64,000 bases of DNA, taken from positions 12,152,001-12,216,000 of the forward strand of contig OZ281494.1 of assembly GCA_965637545.1 (NCBI GenBank), in the 5' to 3' direction. Under the pieces are notes generated by a model that was not told the origin of the DNA, searched no databases, and was given only the letters and a program-made list of their open reading frames with translations. The stretch is from Phallusia mammillata. Taxonomy: Eukaryota. A program made the translations under genes and the position numbers. Shown piece after piece: positions 1 to 13,500 of this stretch (positions are counted from its first letter, which is position 1; every line of letters begins with the position of its first letter).

Positions 1-1426
1 GTATATTAGATTACAATGGAATAATGTCACACGAGCGTCACATTATTGACATATTCATTTCTCCACATGTAATACAGAGCACGGACCTAGATCTATGTAG
101 TTAATTTATTCATTGACACAGCCCAGTACGGCTAAAATAATAAGCATTTTAGAAACAGAGTTAGGGCCTTTTAATAATTGACATATTTGCCATGCTTTCT
201 GGTAAGTGCTAAAATATAACCACTTTATCATCTTTCGTTTTTTTGCAAGGCTGGATTGAGCTCTACAAATCAAAAGCACGTCCGACTGAATTAACAGGTG
301 GATAGGTGTAAAGTGTCGATGTTGTCGAACAAGTTGGGTGTCACTGTCAATTTTCACTTATATAATCTAAACACGCTCCAAGAAAGCTGTGTACTGACAC
401 GGCGAACAATATTTCAGCAGGCCCCCTTTAATTTGTTGACTACCTAGAATTTAATTTGACTATATGACTAAGATTATACAGTTTGAGATTTGCATGGAAG
501 CAGAACAGAAATTTCCCATATGTTGAAAGCACGACAAACACTCCTTGTAATGTATGTAGGCAATGTAGGTTATTGTGAAATGCACATGTTTATTAAAAAG
601 AAACAACGCGCGCCAAATTGTACTTAGACGTAAAATATTAAAGGCATGGCATTATGTTTAAACTTGTCCTAGGTAAATTACGTGAACGTGCTTTATTTTC
701 TGTGCTTTCCAGCATATGACTAGGTATAATATTTCATGGCATTTGGTAACACGTGATGTATTTTTAATTGTGACTTCACTAGAAAGAAACATTTATAGGA
801 GTCCGCCCCATAGACTATCAGGGATTAGCTCTAATGGGCAAGTGATGTCACTTTATGTAACTTTTAGTGGTGTCACCTGATCTATACAAATGCTTGCTGG
901 GTTTTAAATTTCACTCCTTGTGTCTGAAATAAAAGGTATTTGCTAAAATACTTTACCAATCTTAATTAGTATCAACGTAGAAGAAGAAAAAACAAACAGC
1001 CAACATATGGACAAAAAAGCTTTGATGTTGTTTTGTGATGTCCTTGTCTTTTTTTCACATTTTAAAACTCTAAAGCCGACATGTCAACTTTGACTAAATA
1101 TATGCCTGACGTAAGGAAATAAGATTTTTCTTTTAACATCCCCTCTATTCACCAAACGATTTCGTAATCGGTCAAAACAATACGCGCCCAAAACATTTTT
1201 CATCCCAGTCCATTAAATGGACTAAATTTTAGACCAGCTTAATCTTAAAATAAACCGCGGTTTAATGCCAAAAAAACTGCAATTAGCTGCTATAAGATTG
1301 CACAACGTTCTCATGAATGCCATGCTACAATTTAAATGAATCAAGCCAAACTACGTCCGATATCCTTTAAAATTTTGTAGTTAAAACTTTGACTTCAAAG
1401 GCACCCATTGTATTTGTATTTTCTAG

Positions 1427-1597
1427 GAAGAGTGTCATTAATAAAGACGACACCATCCTCAACTTTTTTATCGGCGTCTCTTTCGGTAAGAAACCTAACG
1501 TTAGATGATGCTGGTTCATACAGATGTCTGCAGTCCGTGCTTGGTTCAAAGCAAGGATTCGAAAGACATGAGAACTTGGTTGAACTCATTGTAACAA
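1427..1597 (+). CDS. Gene A exon: C-terminal half of Ig1
   Basis: ttttctag|...ACA A|gtaagt, phase 1-1; GRVSL...LSVRNLTLDDAGSYRC...VELIVT; same position and phase as gene B exon 39551-39694. Confidence 0.8.
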
Positions 1598-4500
1598 GTA
1601 AGTCAAAGTTTCGCCTGCATGTATTGCCAAGAATACTGTACGCAAGCTTATATTGGAGCTTTAACCGCAGTCATAGAGTTGCAAGCTGGCCCGAAATTCG
1701 AGAAAGTATAAGCCGAAGCCTGGCCCGTACCAGAATCGTTTAGGCACAAACGTTTGATTGGCAGGCCTATAATAAAGAAAACATACACAACAGGCAATAA
1801 AAGACAATGGTCTACACCAGTGCTCTTCAACCTTTTTTGGTTTGGTGAACCCTTAAAGATGTTGTGACGAACTCATGCACCCTGTTTGCTTAAATGTAAA
1901 CTTAGGTAGTAAGCGTTATGAAAAATCATTATTCATATCATCATGTCAATTAAACCGTGCGAAGCTCTTAAAAAATGCTTGATTTTCTACCAATCCAAGC
2001 ATATTTTCGCAAATTTTCTACGAAACATCGGCGAAAAAGCCAACACTCGATATCCTAATATAACCAAAATATAACAAAGACACTATGAAACTTGACAAGG
2101 GGATACAACTTTGACAAAAAGTTTACTTGGATTATACATCAGTTGAAACCTACATCTTTTTTCTAGTATCCTGAAAATCAAATATTAATTGTTTATTAAA
2201 AGTTTGTGATTCACCCTTATACCTTTTCAGACTGGTGCACCCCATGCATATTTTGATGCACCCTAGGGTGCACCGAGCACACCGGTTAAAGAGCACTGGT
2301 CTACACAAGGCGTGTTGGCAACTAGCTATTTAGCTAGCTGATTTATTTTTTTAATTTGAAAACAGAATATGAAGTCAGGCCCGAATCAAGTTTGTTAAAA
2401 AAATCCTAAGCCCGAACCCGGCCCGACTAATAACTCTAAGCCTTCAATTAATTAAACGATAAAGATAAATGTACTTTTAGGAAGTACGGAATTGTGGGTG
2501 CTTAGAAATTAAGTGTTATAATTCCAATTCAAAGTGTTCTGAAGTCATTGCGTGATAATGGTAAAACGCTGTAACCGACAGTGGGAACATATTTGATTTG
2601 TTTACATTGTGGAGCCCTCTTGACTGCTGGGGAAATAATCGTACGTTTGTAGTGCCCAAAGTGGGTGCAATCAAGCAGAACAACAGTAAGGTCCCGATTT
2701 GTTATTTGTTGACACAAAATGGTCTGTGTAGTGTTAAAACTAGAATTGACAACGTGTTGCGGGATGTAAATGGTAACTGCTCTAGTCTACATATGTGACT
2801 AAATTTTATGGTATTATGTTACACTCCATCAAGGTTTCTTGGAATGGTTAATATTGTGTACAATGGTGTTTTGATTTGTATTTCATACCTAATTCACTGT
2901 TATGCAAGCAAAACGTTTTTTGTCTTCCTTGCAAAACGCTTGGACCGATCAAAAGCAAAAGCCAGCAGAGAGGTGTTTTCAGTTTTTTCATTTTAGCGCC
3001 TAATCTGTGTGTGAATCAAACCATCAGACAAAAAATCTCTTTAAAGCTAAGATGAAGTGCGCAACACGTACTGTTGTTGAAGCTTCCATATCCCTTTCCT
3101 GCGGTTGGCACTTTATGAAATTCTGTAACACTAGAGTGCGCTAGAGTCACTCTGAGGTAAAAATCGATTTGTGCGTCGTCGTTGATTCACACCAGCATAG
3201 ACATACTAAATATGTTTATAGGTTTATGTATCAGCTTAAAACACTTTTACGTGTCTCCTTGCTTTTAATTTTGGTCGTAAATAGCCTGAAAGGTATCGCA
3301 ATGAACATGCTGAAGGATATCTTACCACGTCACTGTCTAGTATTTACTGATTTATACAACTAACATATTTATTTGGTGACAAATACATTTCATCTGTAAC
3401 ATACGTTTGCGACAACCCTTAACTAAGGGTTATATTAGCGTAAAAAATGTTTTCTAAAAAAGCACCCACAGGTTGGTTGGTGGTGTGCAAAATCGTTCGG
3501 TCGACAAAAAATGTAAAACTTAGCATTGTAAATACTAGTATGTCAGTAAACCTACTAAGATTACTTCGTAATGTTGACTGGCGAATCGCATTTGACCTCA
3601 AACCACCCAGGATGACTCATAGTTTGTTTTGCAGCATAGGCCGCAAATATCCGCATTTATTTACGCTAATTCGAACTTGCACGGCAGCAGATTAATACAT
3701 CGCAAATACTTATGAATTCGGACAAAATTTCCTTATTTGCTCATGCGCCGAATTGCTACGAATTTTTGCTTTTCACCAATTAAACCCTGTTTATCACACA
3801 ACTTTAAAAGGCTTGCAAATTATAATTTTGCGTTTTACCGCGATCATGTCCAACTTCAAGATTTCTTAAGGACACAAGTTAGTTTTTCTGCCCACCTATT
3901 TAGAAGTTTACCCTAAAATATATACAACTTAAAATGCTCTTGTCATAGTTAATTGCAGTCGTTCTCGACCAAGACTTAAATTGCGTTTACTCGCGTACCA
4001 CAAGCTGCGAACCACTGATTTATCGAATAATTAAAACGCGAAATAACTCAATTGAATTCATAAAACGTCTCGCCTTTTTATAACCTCTTCATAGAACAAA
4101 TCTATCACTCACTGGTCCGCTGTGCAATCAACCGTGGAAGCACGGATTGTAGTAGTCAATGCAGCGGTGACGTGTGCGCAGTGATGCGTGTCGGACAATG
4201 GTGAGGAATTCCGGAGATTCGTGCTTCGACAAGGCGACGTATTTTCTCCGTTGCCGGGGCGGATGTTCGTTGTTTCTTGTGTGATGTGGGACGTGTGAAA
4301 AGTGGGCTATTTCTGCTGCCGGCGCGATTTGAAGTCGCATTTCACGAATTGTACGTGGTTGAGGCTATTTTTGTAGCGGAAGTTACTCTGCTTGGTACAG
4401 GTGTAAGGATGTTTTTGCGCTCTATGGAAGTTAGAAATAGTTTATAATTTGAAACGTGATAAAGTATAAGTTTAGTTGTTTTTCGGGAGATCGTTAAGGT

Positions 4501-7500
4501 AAAATATAATTGGTATATACTGTAGGATACTTGGTTTGTCAATTTTGTAAAACGAGGAAACTCTGAAAAACGTTTTTAAAAGGTTGCTAATTAAAAAATG
4601 TAATCCTTAAATTGGCTGGCACGAAGCTGTAATACTTTGAATAAACATGAGATGATCTTTTTTGTGTAATTGATTTACCCTTTAAGAACTTTCAATTTAA
4701 GTCAATTCGATTTTGACTTAAATTTTTGAATTGCAGTTTTTCGTTAAATTCGCAAAAGTCTTGAACATAAAATTCGTACCGCATGAAAATTTATTTTTGA
4801 CAGTTGTAACTACGGTTAAGAAGAACACATAACAACTATTGTGCTAGGTTTCGCTGTGCTAATTAAGCTAAGTACACATGTCGCCTTTTGGGAAAAAGCC
4901 TTCACATCGACTTTGGCGAGGTCATTAATCACGTGATAAATTGCAACGGTCGCGTAATTGTGTCGATTTAGCACCTGCCACGGGCACTGGTAAAACGTAC
5001 GAGCTTCCTATTCTCGAAGGAGTCGTAAATATCTACTAATAAGTTAAAGGTTGTGTCATAGCTTGAAATGCGAGCCATTTAAGCAAATTACCTTCGATCC
5101 ACGATCTCTGGCAGAAGTTAACTGGCGCAGCAGTGGATGGACCATTGGGCATTTACTGAATGCAGCAAGTTGCATTATTTATTCATGCTTTGCGTGCGTA
5201 TAAATAGGCGGCCAAGCCAAGCTCCGTATTATCGCTGCGCTGTTAGTTTAAATGCGACGATACTTTGTTTAATGGCCATGACGTCATCGTTGCAGAAATT
5301 TGTTATTGACGCCAGGGCGTTTTTGCGAGAGTCTATATTGCTTTAGGACACACAGTAATTTAAGGAAGCTTATGTTGAACGTAAGTTGTATAAATTTCGT
5401 AAACTTGTTCTGATATTTTATTGGACTGTTAGTTGGATTTAGTTGACGGCAAAACTATACCTTTAATGTACCTTAATTATTTTTGTTTTTTGGAGTCAAG
5501 TAATTTTTCACTTATTTTCTGAAAGGTCAGAGTTCGACGTGCTTGAGTGACTTTCGTGTAGCAACCAATAGAGAGGTCAAAGATAACTTGTTTGAGTTCA
5601 AGCCAGAGTGAATTGTTGTTTTAAGAATGCGGTTTCCCAGCCAATGTATGTGAAGCGTTTAGGCTAATTGAAGTTTAAACAGGGTTTAGTTGATTTTAGG
5701 AAGCCAGACGACTTTTGCTGTGATAAAGCAACACCTTTTGAAACGTTATTAACTCGCAAACATAAACATACCGATTCGTGTTGTAAGGTTATAAATCATT
5801 TTATAGTGTTGTTTAATTTTTGCCAAATGTTGTATTCGGACTATGGTTTGCATGCAGTTTGGGCCCAACAAGAGTTTGCGTAATTTTGTGCGTTTACGTT
5901 TCAAAATTGGACTAACTTTACAAGAGATAAAATGTTGCATAAAGAGCGTTAAGATAATGTATAGTAACACAATGAAATATTCGTGTTTTAGGACTTTAGC
6001 AAGAAATTTAGTATACCTTACATTTACATACAATTTTAGAGAGCTTTAATCTGCTGTAAACAACTTTGACCACCTGCCTCAGGCAAACGCCCCTATAGCT
6101 TGTTTATGTTAGTGCAGGTGAACACCGATCGAACATTCGTATTAAAATGTGTGAATATTTTGTCTGTATTTTGTTTCATAGCAGTCTTTGACGGTTGAAC
6201 GTTTTTAACCGTGAATTTTTTCCCCGTATGACACTCCTAGGAATTCGTATCCTGCTCCTTTTGGGATAGCCACGAGAAAACTAACGAGCGCTTACCGGAG
6301 GCGCCGACACTTTGCATTTCCTGCAGAAAGGGCGGGTGGTAACTCTCTTAGTCATTTTGAGCTAGCGGTAATTACAGTCTAATTTGAGGTTTGTAAACCG
6401 ACACATCTCACACATATCGGAACCAATTCAGTTGTTTTCAAAAATTTGTCGTTTGTGCGCAGTATATTGGTTAAAATTTGTTTGGCAAGGCCATGCAGTT
6501 TTGGTAACAGTGAGTTTTAATGCATGTCAACTGCCAGACCATTTGGCACAAGCCGCACAGATTCACGGCTGGCCTAAGGGTATTTGTATACGATCGTACA
6601 TTGTAGTTAACTTTCTTTAAGACCTTGCATGTGCCTTTACGAGTTTCCTTCGAAACTGCACTTGGTATGTTTGCAATTCACTAGCTGTTCAACGAAGAGA
6701 AATGATATAGCTGATTGTCAATAGTAACGCTTCACCACAGAGCCTTTGCGGTATATTTGCGCAAATAATTGGTTAGTTTGATTTTTAAATTTAATGTAAT
6801 TTAGTCGTCAAAACCTAGTTCAAAATGGCTTTTAGTTTTCGGATGTTGAACGAGGGCTTTGAAGTACAAAAAAGAGTATAATTCATACCTAAAATAGATT
6901 TCAAAATTGCAAGAGATTGGTTTAAACTTTAAAGGCTACAGCTTTTACTGTATCTGCGATGTAAGGTTTAAGGTGTTAGACATGCTGTTTTTCTCTAAGC
7001 GGGTCTGTTACATCTTACATGCACAGTAGTGCTTGCTGACATTTGTACCAAGGCATTCATTTGACCTCAGTCTAAAAACATACCGATTTTGCAGCTTGCG
7101 TGGCACCGTGAGAAAAAAGGTAAAAGGCAAATCGAGAATGACGTAAGAGCAAAAGTCAATCGACCTGATCAAGGCTTTTTAGCGACTGATAGCCGTCAAC
7201 CCTTGAGCGAACAGATCGGTGATTCTTATAAGACGGGCGGAAAGGCTTGATACATTAGATCTGCCTTTGACAAAAACTGGACTGTCAAGAAATATGTTTG
7301 TGTTGAGTTACTAGAGCGATTGCGATGAGACAAATTTGCAAGGTTTGTAGATAGTGGGATAAATTAAGATACACCTTTATTCGGAATCGGAAGTATTAGC
7401 GTTGGTGCGCCAGGGTTTGACATGTTTCGAAACGTATTGCCGGTGTAAATCGGAGCAATATTTAATGAAACGCTGATTTTCTTGTCACTTTGTTTGACAT

Positions 7501-10500
7501 TTTGGGATTCTAATGCATATGTAAGCAACAGTTGAACTGAAATCTTGTCCTGTATAACAATACGAATAAAAACGTTAGATAATAAAAATATTTTAAACCT
7601 GGGTCAAATTTGTTGGGCGTGTGTTGCATATCTGTTTTGGAATGATTTGTTTGGGTTTGACTCTTGCACGTAAACAGTTTGCACTTGTGTGTCAACTTTA
7701 AGTCCGAGTCGACACCCACTCAATTTAGAACTGCTGGCGAACAGTCAACATAAATTATATATTCCTTGCGCAGTTAAACGCAACAGCAATGGTATAGCTC
7801 GCCTTTACGGGCTTTGTTTGGAACATAAACTAGTAATGTTTGGCGCAACACTGTGGCAGAGGAGCTGGAAACGCAGATGGCCTGCTGCTGGCCTTTTGCT
7901 GTTGTTTATGTTGGCGACAAGACAAGCGCTTGGTGTTAAGAATGGAGGTAAGTGCTGTCCGGTGTTTTTAAAAGTAAACAAACGTATGTTTATTTGATTG
8001 CGAGACCACCTTGTATATGCGAGTGTTGCGATTTGTTTATATTTTAAAGGGTTTGAACAGTTTTAGAGCGAAATCACTTCAAAACTACCGTTCGCAATGT
8101 GTGCTGCAATAATACGTTTTGTCACTAAAACATTATGGAACAACATTTTGTTGGGGCTTTGAACTGAGTATAAAACTGTTTTCTGTAAATGTATAAGATG
8201 TATAAAAGTGTTTTTCACGCAAAACCATCTCGCATTATATTCAACTTTGAAACCGCGCGTACGTTTCAGGTTTAACCAAGACATAAAATATTAATGACGC
8301 AGCGCTCTGCAAGTTTATTGGAACAAATTATCCGAAATGACATGCATTGTTACGTCAGTGCAAGCGAAAATCTAGATATATGGGCTTTAATTAAAATTCG
8401 AATTCTCCCATTGTCTGTTTCTATTGATGTCCGTTCAATGTTGCTAGGTTTGTGTAACTGTGTGTTTGCTTTTGTGTAACTGTGTGTATGTCTTCGCGTT
8501 ATAACTTATAAGGGCACAAGTTCAACCATAACTGTTTGTAGTATATATGGTTTTCGCTAAAGGTATAATTTTGTAAAGACTGCCAGAAATGATTAAATAC
8601 AGTTTAATAAAATATGTCTGGAATTATTTACTGCTCTTAGCCTTCACAACAAGTATACGATTTCTTAAGCAAAGCTTGTTTAATTCCCTGTAATCTAGTA
8701 ACATACTCAACTAGTGCATTAATGACATAAACCTTTCGCGTTTCTCCGTCAATAATGATTGGCGAGCGTTTGTCTTGGGCTAGAGTTAAGCACACCATTT
8801 AATCGAATTAGTTTTTATTAAAATTGATTGCAGTCAAGCCAGAATTGATTTGTGGCTTCCCTGGGCACCGATAAATTCTATGTAAGCCCCGGATTATTTC
8901 CTCAAAAACAGTATGTGTGGCCAATACATGGCTCCATACGCTGCATTTTGCAATTGTATAATGGACTGAATGTTAATTGAATTCTGAAAAAAGGCCATGT
9001 GTTATATGTTAGAGATAATCTTGTGATGGTATGAGAATATTTTTAAACCTGTCTGCCAAAGACCTTACTATTTGCGTGTTTCTTTTCTTGGAAAAATGTT
9101 AATGTTACTTGACGAAATAATGATTGGAAGCGACATTTATTGTTAAATTTAAACCACATGGGCGGCAGTGCCCCAAGAATAACAAAACAGATCCGAATTT
9201 AATGTGTTTGTCCAACATTTTTTGTTGGTGTCACTAAAATAATGTCGATTTTGGGTAAACTACTACTTCTAAGTAAACTGTGTATAAATTAAATATTTTT
9301 TGTGGTTGTTTTAAACTTTCGTGTTTCGCTTGTATGTGGTACATTTCTATCTTCGATTTCGGTTTATACCTGACTCGGTTGCTACCAGCAGTGCGGTAAA
9401 AATCAATATGTGACACAGAAATAAATGTCAAATCAAGGTCAAAGGTGACTTATGAATAAAAAATGGTAACTGCTGCGCGTTTCTGCAAATCAAAATCTAA
9501 ACGATCGACTCTTTTTCCCAGGTTATCTCATATTTGTTTAAAAAGTGTGGAAAAAAGTTAAACCCCTTAGTGTTTATCGCGAAAACAAAAAAGTTTTACT
9601 GGTTTTAGGTTTTTATTATCAATCTTTGCAAAACAACCGTTTCGAAAAATGCCGTTTCAGTCTAATCTCGTTCCCGCCCAAGTTCAAAACGTTGTGACGT
9701 AACAAGTACCCGGCGAACTGCCAACTGTGATGTAAAACAGATGTTCTGTTTTTACACATCATTGGGCTCGGTTTAGACTTTGTTGTTTTTCAAATTTGCC
9801 AGGTACTTGAATCAAAACATGTTTGCATGGGCTCTTAAATGCTTTTAAACACCACGCGTTGACTTTTCAGCCTTATCGGTTTTGTTTTGTTTTGCCGTAA
9901 AAATTAAAGCTTTATAATTCTTTTAGGTTTTTAGGCACGGGTTATAAGAGCAACTCCGGACAAAAAAAGTACCTACAAATTTTTTAAGTTGAAGTCTTAT
10001 CAAGATGGTCCAACACAACTGTAGCATAGAAACGTTAAAAGCGTGGTCTGCGGATAAGCTCATGTTTATCTTGATCATCTAAAAAGATTACAACATCACA
10101 ACCTAAATCGATTCTTCAACGAAATCTCTTGTCCAAATTTGGATATGATCATTCACCTCATCTCAATTTATAATTATTGTTTGATGTATATCACAACATA
10201 CATCTACAAATGGATTTTATGTTATAGTTAGGCTTAATGGAGTGGTCTTGCTAAAAACTGCATGAATGCCGCTAAAACTATTGCAGCTACTGCTTTAGTA
10301 CAACGTTTAAAACAGATTTTGAGGTGAAATTAAACCCTGTTGTTTAAGTAAATGTGGTAAAGATTATTTTTATTAAAGATATGATTAGATTTTGGATTGG
10401 ATTTAAATTTATGACATCTTATATCTTACTGGTCATGCATTTCACAATGCTAAAAAAAACTTGGTCTTTAAATTGGATTTCCAAACTAGAGTTCTTGAGT

Positions 10501-13500
10501 ATTTATTCAATTTCCAACTTACTTAAAGTTAACTAAACCATACTCAAACAAGTTTAAACACAAAATCAAACAAGCTTTTCTTGAGGAAAATTTCGATTTT
10601 GTTGGCTAAACACGTTTTTGGCGAGGAATAATCCACCCTTTGCACGTTACAAGATTAACAAATGTATACTGGACTGCTTTCAAGTCGGTTGGTAGATGGG
10701 TGATGGACGAGTTTCGTTTAGTTTCAAAGTGTTGAGGGCTCGTGCTCAGCAAGATGGAACTGTTTGTTGTGTGGTTTTTCCGACCATTTCTGTATTTTTG
10801 CGGCTACATTTTTCTTAACTTTTGGCTTAGTGATTTGAGTTTAGACGATGTTGGTGGTGTAAAAAGGCGACTTGAATATGGACGTTTAGACATGTACATC
10901 AGGCAAAAATGCTTTGTATGAAGCCTGCTACCATTTTGTGACTTTATTTTGTCAATTTACCTACTAATTTGCTATATATTTGATGTTTATTAAAGTCACG
11001 ATTTTTATGTTACTAATTTGGCTTTTTTACAGTGGAAATGTAAGTACATAGATAATCGCAAAGTCCAATGTTGTGTATTTGTTTAATTAAATGTTGCCAA
11101 ACACACAGTTGACGAAAATGTATTTTTGGTCTTTATGGTTTTGGAATGGCTTATATAAAGTTTTAATTAAAGCATCTGTAAAGTTATTACATTGCAATTC
11201 ATTTACTATCCAAAATTACAAAAACATCAGCGAACCGAAGGGCAGAACCGTTCCGCATATACATATGCAATAACGAACAGCTATACTGAATACGTTCGAT
11301 AAATAGATTTCCTTCGTTTCAATCTACCCGCTCGTTTATTTGAGCATCGACAAACCGGTGACGTTTAATAACAGTTTGAGCTATAGCAATACTTTGACGT
11401 CTCCATTGGGAGTTTGGTCAGTTCTCAAACGAAATGAAAGCTGTCAATAGCATAACGAAGTCTCAATATTAGTTTTGGTCCTTTTTCAATCGTTGAAAGG
11501 TTTACAACCTTGGAAAGGGGGAGAAATTATTACAGAAAAAACGGTTGGAAGGTGAAAAACATCAAGCCGTATGCAGAAGTCGTCTAGTCACAAGTCTAAT
11601 TGAAAATACACGCTGCCTTTTGTATGTGCTGTCAATGTCCGATTTTACAAACCTAAAGGATCGTCAGTTTGACCTTTGTAAACGACTAAAAATACATATG
11701 CAAAAGCATTGGGATATACAGTAGTAAACCTTGACACAACGCTTCTTCCTCTTATTGCAGCACCCCCGACTTTTACCAGACCACTGCCAGCACGTTACAG
11801 CGCCAGGGTGGGCCAACCGCTCCTGCTTCGATGTCACGCAAGGGGAGTCCCCGTTCCGACAATCACATGGACCAAGGGCGGACGAAGATTAAGCTCGGTA
11901 CAGATGTGATAAACATAAGGGCGCTATTTCATAGGCATATTTTTACAGGAAATGTGTAATACACGTTTGAAACCCGAGTACATACTTACACTTTAGCTCT
12001 AGAACATTCAAAATATCCATAAAAAGCCGGTTTTACATTTAGTATCTAAACATGGAGTGTGCAGTCAAATATGGCGGTTGGGGCATATTTGCGACATCGG
12101 TTATGCTCTAGTGAGCAAATGGGCATGCGGTTTGATTTGAACATAAACATGACCTTGACACCTCACACTTGAGATTGCTCCTCTGCGGATGTAGTTATGA
12201 CGTAAAGTTGACGCGTGACTGCGTTTGCCCTGGAATGCGTGTTGTCTAATGGGTGCCATACAACGTGCGGAATTTAGAAAACGTAGTTTTTGCCGTTTTT
12301 TTTGTTTTTACGTTTAGATTTACATCCAAAGATGTCAATTGGAGCACATCCAAAGATGTCAATTGGTACAATCTGTATATCTGTCAAAAATATAGTGACA
12401 ACTCGCTGGTTCCTTAAAATGTCTGTTTTTCTTACAGCTTTTAAAATAAGTTGCGTCAGCGTTTAGGAACCAGCGTATATCCTCGTATTGATCTTTTACT
12501 AATGCTTTGACATTTTCGTAATGGACTCCATCAAACAACACAACACCACATACTAATCCTTCGCTGATCTCTGTCACGTAATGAATGTCACACGCCCTCG
12601 GATTTGCCTTCTTATGACGTCATAACCATTACGTCATGTTAGAGTCTTAATTTTGGCCGCAAAGAATAACATACAAAAATGTATTTTGAAAATATAACGA
12701 AGTTCCTAACTGCAACCGAATAGGATATAAAGTAACAGAAACAGCACTCTTTGCATTTACGGACTAGAAGACAAATGCTAGATCTTACAACCGTAAACTT
12801 ACCAAAAAACAACAGTTTTTTGGATGATGTATTCCAAAATCAAACCACACACTTGATTTTGTGGCAACAACAATTTAGAGTTAAACTTTTCACTAAATGT
12901 TGAGCGGGACATACAATTCCTAGAAAACTGTTGGCCACACAGAATATAAATTTACAAGCTTTGATAATTTAGGCTTTAATCCTGTCTTCAAGTGCGATAA
13001 TCCTGTTTAGCCAATGCAGGAAGGTTACGTACGTCACGGTAAAGCAAATTCCAAAAAGTCTTGTCTTTAAAAATTCGCCGAAGGGCAAAACAAGGTTGAA
13101 CTGTTTCAGGAATTTCACCAAACCCTCATATTTCGGTAACGGTTACTGAATTTTTGCATTTTATCAATTAAGTAATAACGGATGTATCAGTGGCCACAAC
13201 TTGACCACAGCAAAAGTTTGCTAAAATGGAATTATAGCGATTTCGTTGGCTTACATTTTTTTCAGGTAAGCACATTAAGCTTGAACAAGTTACAGATATC
13301 AGCCCACCTGTCTCGCTCAAATTTCGTGATCTTGGTGTGGCCTAGATTTAATTCCTTTATCCATTTTTATGGCAATTTTTGAATATTTTGATCAAAGCAT
13401 CAGTCAAGTTGTGATGTTGAACCACTAACTTTTAGAACGTTATAACATGCTAAATACTCTTTTCTTGTTTTGTAGAGTGGGATAACAGTTAGCGACGGAA

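Noticed and set aside
2598-2798. ORF with a good GTAAGG donor at 2688, as a possible extra exon
   Set aside because: No ATG in frame, the nearest acceptor is in an incompatible phase, and there is no Ig or signal-peptide character.
3957-4017. hAT-like ends (cagtcgttctcgacc ... gcgaaccactg)
   Set aside because: Only about 60 bp, poorly matching termini and no TSD; at most a decayed remnant.
6228-6269. MTLLGIRILLLLG* signal-like micro-ORF
   Set aside because: Stops after 13 codons with no usable phase-1 donor.
10754-10921. Hydrophobic ORF MELFVVWFFRPFLYF... as another first exon
   Set aside because: Only weak phase-1 donors; T-rich DNA readily yields hydrophobic frames.
12322-12366. 21-bp direct duplication acatccaaagatgtcaattgg
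   Set aside because: Two copies with a 3-nt spacer; an ordinary slippage duplication, not a CRISPR-like array.
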